Origin: Candidatus Bathyarchaeia archaeon
Lineage (GTDB): Archaea > Thermoproteota > Bathyarchaeia > Bathyarchaeales > Bathycorpusculaceae
DNA: 64,000 bases
Assembly: GCA_049521795.1 (NCBI GenBank)
Contig: JBEKOM010000001.1
Location: forward strand, 320,001-384,000
Direction: 5' to 3'
The position numbers and the translations under genes were made by a program. The notes beneath the pieces were generated by a model that saw only the letters and a list, made by a program, of their open reading frames with translations, was not told where the DNA came from and ran no database searches. Positions 58,801-64,000 of the stretch are shown in pieces. How positions within the stretch are numbered: position 1 is the first letter of the stretch; each line of letters begins with the position of its first letter.

Positions 58801-59599
58801 ACGGAAAGATAGGTCTCTCGTACCCGTTTCCGTATCTGTTGCGCCAATAATCATCGAAGACCGACTCGCAGGCTACATTGGCATATACAAGGACATTTCT
58901 GAACTGAGGAACACTCAGAAAAAGCTGGAGACTATGAACGAGAAGCTTCGAGTGGTCGGTGGACTGACGAGACATGACGTTCGAAACAAACTCTCTTTAA
59001 TAACTGGCAACATTTACCTTACCAAGAAGAAACTAGTGGATCATCCTGACGTTCTCGGAAACTTCAACGACATGCAGTCGGCTTGCGAACAAATCGTGAG
59101 AATATTCGAGTTCGCCAAAGATTATGAGAGGCTAGGCATCGAGGAACTAGGCTTCGTGAACGTGGAGACAACGGTTGACAAGGCTGTAAGCCTATTCTCA
59201 GACTTGAAAGGGCTTAGGATCGTGAACGAGTGCCACGGGTTAACTGTTCTGGCTGATTCGCTTTTGGAGCGATTCTTCTACAACTTGATTGATAACTCGC
59301 TAAAGTATGGCGAGAAGCTTACAAAAATCAGAATCTATTACGAAAAATCTGAGAGTCAGCTGAAACTAATCTATGAAGATGACGGCGTAGGCATACCCAA
59401 GGATGCTAAAACAAAGCTCTTCACTGAAGGTTTCACCACTGGCAAAGGCTCAGGCTACGGGCTTTACCTAATTGGAAGGATCATGGAGGTTTATGGTTGG
59501 ACAATCAACGAAACAGGCACGCATGGCAAAGGAGCACAATTCACAATAAACATGCCTAGGGCTAAACCGGACGGAAGACAAAACTACAAACTTCGCTGA
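55820..59599 (+). CDS. Hybrid sensor histidine kinase: REC, six PAS domains, one GAF-like segment, HisKA, HATPase
   Basis: VLHVDD..SDYQMP..FTGKG (REC); repeated PAS/PAC ending D(I/V)TE; H-box RHDVRN; NLIDN; DDGVG; GYGL. Confidence 0.93.
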   Translation: MVESAVQSRAEIVVGSSENKLIRVLHVDDELGFLKIAKQCLEMQGPFHVDTAGSVGEALNKLKETEYDAVVSDYQMPGKDGLEFLEMLRKNGNTIPFVMFTGKGREEVAVKAWSLGADHYVNKTGDPETVYCELAHCLRSTVEKHFAEAQMKETVQKLQTIYQNAVEGISYVDAEENIVYANKAFAGIVGYEQDQLAGMSLRRLADDENWARIENETNRRRQGESSRYEVEFRRSDGTVRNTLISGAPLLDHDGRFVGTIGIVLDITEQKKTKEAIKESEERFKSIFESVDDGLIYLDTTGRIIEINRKAVEFFGGSKEELLGKHFTKIGIFPIKEMPTLTKRFVDILLGKRTILDITIKNKKGQAIPLECSASLSKAYDKSTIAVVARDMTERRERERLLREREEKYRSLVEQSMQGIVIAQGSIPHMVFANFAMSKILGYSVEELLSLSPQQTIGLVHQDDRELFFGRFKDRLEGKPVPPQYEVRGIRKDGTIVWLELSSARIEYGGQPAVQAIFTDITERKKTEEEAFAERDRLETVTRSIGAGLAIISKDYRTLWANDVLKKIFGDVEGKICYSVYNQRSSICPGCGVREIFEAGKAKVVHEQVGKDVDGKTVWSEITATPVKDRDGNITAVLELVVPITERKKAEEQKNRLAYDLNERAKELRCLYGISKLVETSRITLDGILQGTTNLLPEAWQYPEITGARVVLEDQEFVTSNFKETRWRQQSEINVQGRSAGFVEVCYLEEKPDIAEGPFLKEERMLIDAVAERLGRIIERIRTEECLKSSNERLGIMFENAPDAYYISDLAGHFIDGNRVAEEMTGYRKDELIGKSFLQLGLLSKKQIPTAVKLLALNSLGKSTGPDELVLNRKDGTWVVVEIRTVPTKIGDKTVVLGIARDVTERTKIQKTMAENQAKFKALFVGSPEAGVFLDGDFHVADINPRFEELFGYSLAEIKGKHINDAVVPSDKLKEARSLDCQAIQGYAHRNTWRRRKDRSLVPVSVSVAPIIIEDRLAGYIGIYKDISELRNTQKKLETMNEKLRVVGGLTRHDVRNKLSLITGNIYLTKKKLVDHPDVLGNFNDMQSACEQIVRIFEFAKDYERLGIEELGFVNVETTVDKAVSLFSDLKGLRIVNECHGLTVLADSLLERFFYNLIDNSLKYGEKLTKIRIYYEKSESQLKLIYEDDGVGIPKDAKTKLFTEGFTTGKGSGYGLYLIGRIMEVYGWTINETGTHGKGAQFTINMPRAKPDGRQNYKLR

Positions 59600-59608
59600 A
59601 TCCAAGTC

Positions 59609-59628
59609 TTGACAGAGCATTGACAGAG
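59609..59628 (+). repeat. TTGACAGAG tandem direct repeat, 11-bp period
   Basis: Copies at 59609-59617 and 59620-59628, just after the kinase stop. Confidence 0.55.
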
Positions 59629-59843
59629 GTCTCAAAAGCAAGGGCGTGCGCGTTGCCTAGTAGTTCGTCGTTAACCCCGAGTCCCTTCAGAGTCATTAAT
59701 ATTCGCGCGCTGTGAATACACGGACGGCGCAAAACTGTTTAAGAAGAAAAAGCTGTATTATTCCACGCTAGCTAAAGCCGAAACTGGGCTGTAGTCTGGT
59801 GTTGGGGCGCGCGCGCGAACGTTTAAGTGGAGAACGGAAAATT

Positions 59844-60287
59844 GTGAATAGAAAATGGAAAGCTGTCGGTCTAGTGCTGGGGATTGTAATAGTTGTTGTA
59901 ATAGTTGCTTTTTTTGCTTTGTCTTATCTAGGACTTAATCCGCTTTATCAATTTCCGTCAGCCTATACTAAAGTTGTTGTTCCATCGGGAAACTACGGTT
60001 CATACACCGATAGTGGGAGTTACGCAACGACTGTATACACTTTTGCATGGGGGTCTTCTGAGGTAATTTATGGACAGTATAATGACCAAACGAAAGCGTT
60101 TTTTGTCGGTACGATATCCTATGTCAAAGATTCTATTGTGCCCAGTAATCAGAATTTTACATCCTATCCAGTTAGTCTCGATACTACATACGAGATGGGT
60201 TCCAAATCTTCAGTATATGGTGGAATAGAAATCAAGGTTTCAGAGATTCACTCAGACTACATTGTTCTGTTGGTCAAACCTTTATGA
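59844..60287 (+). CDS. Membrane-anchored secreted hypothetical protein
   Basis: GTG start; N-terminal TM, then an S/T/Y-rich beta domain ending IEIKVSEIHSDYIVLLVKP. Confidence 0.7.
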   Translation: MNRKWKAVGLVLGIVIVVVIVAFFALSYLGLNPLYQFPSAYTKVVVPSGNYGSYTDSGSYATTVYTFAWGSSEVIYGQYNDQTKAFFVGTISYVKDSIVPSNQNFTSYPVSLDTTYEMGSKSSVYGGIEIKVSEIHSDYIVLLVKPL

Positions 60288-60495
60288 CAAAAAGACAAAA
60301 GAGCGCGCGCTGTCGGGGTGGAGCTGACAGGGTTGTTCGTGATATTGCTCGGAAAATTTTGTTTTCTCGTCGTTAGCGAGCGCTTCACAAGATTATTATA
60401 ATGAAGGAATCATTGATTAAAGATGTGGCGCACATTGGCGTGGGCTACGACGGTTCTGTGGCCTTCTTTTGAAGGAAGGTCAAAAAGGTGAGTGC

Positions 60496-60927
60496 ATGAC
60501 TAGAAGCAGGCCGATGGGTGTTACTACAGTGGGAATTCTGACGATATTCAGTGCACTGGCGCTATTTTATTTGGCACTTAGTATTTGGTTAGTATCGGCG
60601 TTAATGGGACCGTTTGCGTGGAGTGGTTTTGAATCCTATGTTCTGGGATTTGGGGTTATCTTGTTGGTTGATGCAGTTTCGATTTTGAGGGGTGTACGGT
60701 TTGGTTGGCATTTTTCGGTTGTTGTATGGATTCTGATGTTTGTTTTTCTCTGCGTCGTCTACTACTCGTGGGGCCTCTTCGGACACTTTGGCGTGTATTT
60801 CATGGGTGGATATCCTGATTTCGAGAGCATACGGACTGACTTTGTTTTGGCATGTCCATTTCTCTACGTTATTGGTTGCTTGCTATACTTCCAGAAGAGG
60901 CATGTGAAAGAGTATTTCGGCGCATAA
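60496..60927 (+). CDS. Four-TM membrane protein
   Basis: RPMGVT start, four TM segments, C-terminal YFQKRHVKEYFG. Confidence 0.75.
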   Translation: MTRSRPMGVTTVGILTIFSALALFYLALSIWLVSALMGPFAWSGFESYVLGFGVILLVDAVSILRGVRFGWHFSVVVWILMFVFLCVVYYSWGLFGHFGVYFMGGYPDFESIRTDFVLACPFLYVIGCLLYFQKRHVKEYFGA

Positions 60928-61155
60928 TCTTCGCGTTCGCTCGTGCTTCTTGCGGTTGAGGGTGTTTCGGCTTTTTGCGGAACGTGGGCTTTGTTAGCGC
61001 GCGCTGTTTTGGCTTGTATTAATTCAAGCATCAATTCGTCTAGTAGGTGCGATTTCTTTGATGATTTGTTTGGGTCTGATGGTTTGCCTAATTGGGTTGT
61101 AGATGAGAGTTTGTCGTATGGGTAGCGGTAGCTCTGTTTGTTGATGTAGCGCGCG

Positions 61156-61908
61156 CTAATGCGGTCGATTCGTTTTGACTCTGTCAATCATGATCAACAG
61201 GATTTGTGTCATGTCCTCTATCTTTGCCTTTCTGACATACCTCATATCGTCGAGGTATTCAATCACTTGATGAGCTTTCGAATTTACGTCTCTTCTGAAG
61301 GGATGAACGATATTCAGAAATTTCTCTATCAAAACATGTTGATCAGGATCGAAGTCGGGTTTGTGCTCCTTCAGATTCTTAAGAAGAACTCCGAAATCAT
61401 GCGCCCGTCTATTGGAGATATCATAATAAAGCGATATGTTTTGAACCCCGAATTTGTATTCAAGCAAGTTGTAAAGGAGATTTTCTATCAACTTCCTTGT
61501 TAGCATGTAAGTAGCATTCGGCAGTTTCGGATTACTGTATGCTGTGTTGATCTCGTCTTCAAGAGTATTGTAAAAGGTTTGAGGATATTTCCCCTTGAAT
61601 CGTAACAGTCGTCGAGTTGAGGATTGAGGACGTTTCTGACTTCCCTTTCGAGTTGTTGGAACCTTAACCTGAGTTGGTATTTTTTGTGTTTCTAAGTGTT
61701 GATTCAGTTCCACGATCTTTTGCCTTGGCACCGAGAACATAGGTTTGGCAACGTTGATCTTGTTTTCATGGGCAATCAGAAGAAGTGCAACATCTGGATC
61801 TGTAATGCCTTCTTCTATTCTTTTGTTTGCGACAAGATTGTGTAGCTGTCTCTCTTTGATCTGTAATTTTTTGCAGAGAATCTCTCTAAGCTTTTTCGGA
61901 AGAGTCAT
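61156..61908 (-). CDS. Putative HEPN-domain RNase with a helical N-terminal domain
   Basis: EINTAY...ATYMLTRKLIENLL (HEPN/DUF4145-like start) and an Rx(n)H motif RRDVNSKAH. Confidence 0.7.
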   Translation of the reverse strand: MTLPKKLREILCKKLQIKERQLHNLVANKRIEEGITDPDVALLLIAHENKINVAKPMFSVPRQKIVELNQHLETQKIPTQVKVPTTRKGSQKRPQSSTRRLLRFKGKYPQTFYNTLEDEINTAYSNPKLPNATYMLTRKLIENLLYNLLEYKFGVQNISLYYDISNRRAHDFGVLLKNLKEHKPDFDPDQHVLIEKFLNIVHPFRRDVNSKAHQVIEYLDDMRYVRKAKIEDMTQILLIMIDRVKTNRPH

Positions 61909-62182
61909 CTGATCCCTTTGAGGGAGTCTTGGTTTTGTCCTTCTTATCTTTGTACAGAGCTTGGTGTACAGCTGGCTGACTAATTCCGAGTAAATCAGCT
62001 ATCTCTTGTTCGGAGAAATCAAACACTCTCAGAAAGCGCGCATTCGCCGTTGTTCCAGCGTCACGCCTTATTTGTCCAGAAGCGTATACTTTGGTCAGAT
62101 TCTGTATTGCCTTAATGATAGTATTGAACTGTCTTGGCTCTATAGAGATCGTTTGATTTGCTTCCTTTTTGGATCGGCTCAT
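61886..62182 (-). CDS. Small HTH protein, paralog B
   Basis: FSEQEIADLLGISQPAVHQAL; ATG overlaps the upstream stop as ATGA. Confidence 0.8.
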   Translation of the reverse strand: MSRSKKEANQTISIEPRQFNTIIKAIQNLTKVYASGQIRRDAGTTANARFLRVFDFSEQEIADLLGISQPAVHQALYKDKKDKTKTPSKGSDDSSEKA

Positions 62183-62439
62183 TTTTCTTCCTTCTTTGTT
62201 GAAGCTTTTCCTGCTAGAATTCGACTTATTGTAGGCTGGGAAAGATGAAGGATTCTCCCAATTTCCTCTTGACTGTAATTGGCTGAATTTAGAAGCCACA
62301 CATTCCGATCTGTTTCATTTTCTTTTGTGCCACTTAGAGCCATAACTCTAAGATAGTTCTGCAAGAATTTCTGCAGTTCCTTGAATTGGGCATTAGTGAA
62401 AGTAACGGAATTATCCTCATTATGTGTCTTTTCACTCAT
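62179..62439 (-). CDS. Small HTH protein, paralog A
   Basis: YSQEEIGRILHLSQPTISRIL. Confidence 0.8.
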   Translation of the reverse strand: MSEKTHNEDNSVTFTNAQFKELQKFLQNYLRVMALSGTKENETDRNVWLLNSANYSQEEIGRILHLSQPTISRILAGKASTKKEEK

Positions 62440-62442
62440 AAA

Positions 62443-62469
62443 TTCGAATGATCGTTCGGAGTATTTAAG
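62443..62469 (-). promoter_or_regulatory. TATA box (CTTAAATA) plus an 18-bp imperfect palindrome operator before the HTH-HTH-HEPN operon
   Basis: TTCGAATGATCGTTCGGA at 62443-62460 matches its own reverse complement at 14 of 18 positions and lies between the TATA box and the ATG. Confidence 0.55.
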
Positions 62470-62588
62470 ATTGTATTAAAGCGCGTATGTTGTTTAGGTG
62501 ATTCTTTTGTGGGTTGGAGCGCGAGCGTGATGCGAGCGCGACATAGCGGTTAAGCATGATATTGAATAGAAAAAGGGGGATTTGTTTT

Positions 62589-63713
62589 TTATTTGCGTCT
62601 TCGGTAGAGTTTGTATCCGTCTATATCGTTAACGTATTGGTATCCTGCTTCGATTAGTTGTACGGCTTCTGTTTTGTTGTTTGTGGCTTTGCAAGTGTAT
62701 TCTTCTTCTCCGCCTGTTGTTATTCCTCTTATGTAGTGCATTGTTGTTTCTAGTTTTTTGTGTCTTAGGTGGCGCATTACTGCTATGGGGTCTTGTGTTT
62801 TGTAGTAGAGTTGTGCGCCTGAGTAGTTTCTGAGGTTTTGTAGGTGGATTTTGTTTAGTTCTGGTTTGCATAGTTTTTGTGATGCTCTTTTTCTTGTTCG
62901 TCTCCAGATGTCGCCCATTATTTCTGATGTTGGGAATGGGTGTTCTTGTGGGTTTTTGTGTAGGTAGATTCTGAGCATCTCGGCTGTGCGGGTTTTGAGT
63001 TTGTATGTGCCTGATGCGTGGCCTTTGTGTCCTCTGATGCTGATTAGTCCTTGTTCATGGTCTATGTCGGCTTGTGAGACGTTTTCTAGTTCTTTTCCTT
63101 CCGCTCCTATTTCTGCTAGGAGTGTGAAGATTATGGAATAGTGTTCGGTTGCTGTGTCTATTATTGCGTTTACGTTTTCTGTTGTTGGTATTAGTGGGGT
63201 TTTTTCTTCTGTTTTGTAGTATGGCTTGTTCCACGTGATACCTTGTTTTTGACAGTATTTGTCATAGACGTAGAGGAACTTGTTTTTTGATTCGTCTGAG
63301 AGGGGTCTTTTTGTTTTTTGGTTCTTTGCTTCTGCTATGTATAGTTTGACGGCTTCGGGGTTTGTTATGTCGGTTTCTCTTGCGAGTTGTCTGAGTTTGC
63401 AGTCTATATGTGTGCGTGTTGCTTCTTTGATTCCGTCGGCTTTTAGTGCTATCATTGTGTTGATGATGGTTTGCTCGATTTTTGGTGGGATAAGGTTTAT
63501 CTCGTTTGCGAATCGTCCTTGTATTCGGGCCCGTAGTCTAGTCTGGATACCAGAGTCCGACACGAATTTTCCAGTTTCGTGGATTAAGACGCTGGCCTGC
63601 GGAGCCGGAGACCCAGGGTTCAAATCCCTGCGGGCCCGCCAAAACCTTGTATGAAGTGTCTGCGTGCGCGCTCCTTGGCAAATAGGTACCTGGGGATAGA
63701 GGAGCTCAAGCAC
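62589..63713 (-). CDS. Tyrosine recombinase/integrase; true start uncertain, frame runs antisense through tRNA-Arg
   Basis: GHKGH (K), NLRNY (xxR), LRHKK (H), TTMHY (Y); C-terminal EAVQLIEAGYQYV tail. Confidence 0.85.
   Translation of the reverse strand: MLELLYPQVPICQGARTQTLHTRFWRARRDLNPGSPAPQASVLIHETGKFVSDSGIQTRLRARIQGRFANEINLIPPKIEQTIINTMIALKADGIKEATRTHIDCKLRQLARETDITNPEAVKLYIAEAKNQKTKRPLSDESKNKFLYVYDKYCQKQGITWNKPYYKTEEKTPLIPTTENVNAIIDTATEHYSIIFTLLAEIGAEGKELENVSQADIDHEQGLISIRGHKGHASGTYKLKTRTAEMLRIYLHKNPQEHPFPTSEIMGDIWRRTRKRASQKLCKPELNKIHLQNLRNYSGAQLYYKTQDPIAVMRHLRHKKLETTMHYIRGITTGGEEEYTCKATNNKTEAVQLIEAGYQYVNDIDGYKLYRRRK
63527..63641 (+). tRNA. tRNA-Arg(GCG) with a 36-37 nt insertion or intron in the D-loop
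   Basis: GGGCCCG/CGGGCCC acceptor stem, D-stem GTCT/AGAC, anticodon arm CTGGC-CTGCGGA-GCCGG, T-arm CAGGG-TTCAAAT-CCCTG, GCCA end. Confidence 0.88.
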
Positions 63714-63785
63714 GTTGAGGAGTGAGAAGAAATTCTCTTAAGAACGCGTGCTGTATGCATGAGGTAGACTCTTGGAAGGAACCTT

Positions 63786-64000
63786 ATGGTTTCAGAAGTC
63801 CTCATCGAGGCGCAGAACCTGACGAAGAAGTATGACGATTTCGTTGCGGTGGATAACATAAACTTTCAAGTCTTCAAGGGTGAATGTTGCGGTTTTCTTG
63901 GGCCCAACGGTGCGGGAAAGACGACAACAATCAAAATGATTCACTGTGTCTTGCCCCCCGCGTCAGGCAAGCTAACGGTGGCGGGAATAAGTGTGTCCGA
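63786..64000 (+). CDS. ABC transporter ATP-binding protein (NodI/DrrA-like), truncated by the window end
   Basis: NLTKKYDDFVAVDNINF..GECCGFLGPNGAGKTT. Confidence 0.9.
   Translation, partial: MVSEVLIEAQNLTKKYDDFVAVDNINFQVFKGECCGFLGPNGAGKTTTIKMIHCVLPPASGKLTVAGISVS

Larger units (their letters stand above)
59640..63641. mobile_element. Remnant integrative element on the 5' side of tRNA-Arg; left boundary not identified
   Basis: Tyrosine recombinase overlapping the tRNA, orphan cargo genes, strongly T/G-skewed segments (60930-61150, 62480-63520), (GC)n palindromes at junctions. No second att copy was seen. Confidence 0.6.

Noticed and set aside
59640-62550. Classical integron (IntI with attC sites)
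   Set aside because: No RYYYAAC...GTTRRRY hairpins at gene ends, genes face both ways, and the recombinase shows no IntI-like features.
1-64000. CRISPR array, rRNA, IS transposase, reverse transcriptase
   Set aside because: No regularly spaced repeats, rRNA-like stretch or matching protein motifs were seen by eye.

Overview
Archaeal chromosomal window. Gene content (class I LysRS, Fae-Hps, AcnX mevalonate genes, archaeal ribosomal and aIF2g clusters, integrase C-terminal tail type) points to Thermoproteota, most likely Bathyarchaeia; this is inference, not verified. Layout: (1) 1-5 kb: 3' exon of an intron-containing tRNA-Ser followed by an accessory patch with decayed genes. (2) 5-53 kb: mostly housekeeping genes: ahcY, pyrE, rpl3-4-23-2-rps19, rps6e-eif2g-PIN-rpoE-spt4-DPCK-rps24e-rps27ae, Fae-Hps, a three-gene glutamate-synthase-like operon, archaeal Asn synthetase with an Lrp regulator, tRNA-Glu, AcnX, tmk, an SPFH operon and lysS. 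(3) 53-63.6 kb: an accessory region ending in a tyrosine recombinase whose reading frame runs antisense through a tRNA-Arg(GCG) carrying a D-loop insertion. Best candidates for undescribed biology: (a) a Fis-type HTH fused to Fae-Hps, with 8 exact TGTCGG/CCGACA hexamers in about 500 bp around its own promoter and 5' coding region (candidate self-regulating formaldehyde trigger enzyme); (b) accessory genes next to the recombinase whose boundaries repeatedly fall on (GC)n palindromes such as AGCGCGCGCT (candidate cassette-like gene-capture system); (c) a twin-HTH plus HEPN three-gene module with its own operator (candidate defence or toxin-antitoxin system). Also seen: a CUG start for rpoE and a DPM2-like membrane protein. 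No CRISPR array or rRNA was seen. All family assignments come from motif recognition by eye; no searches were run.
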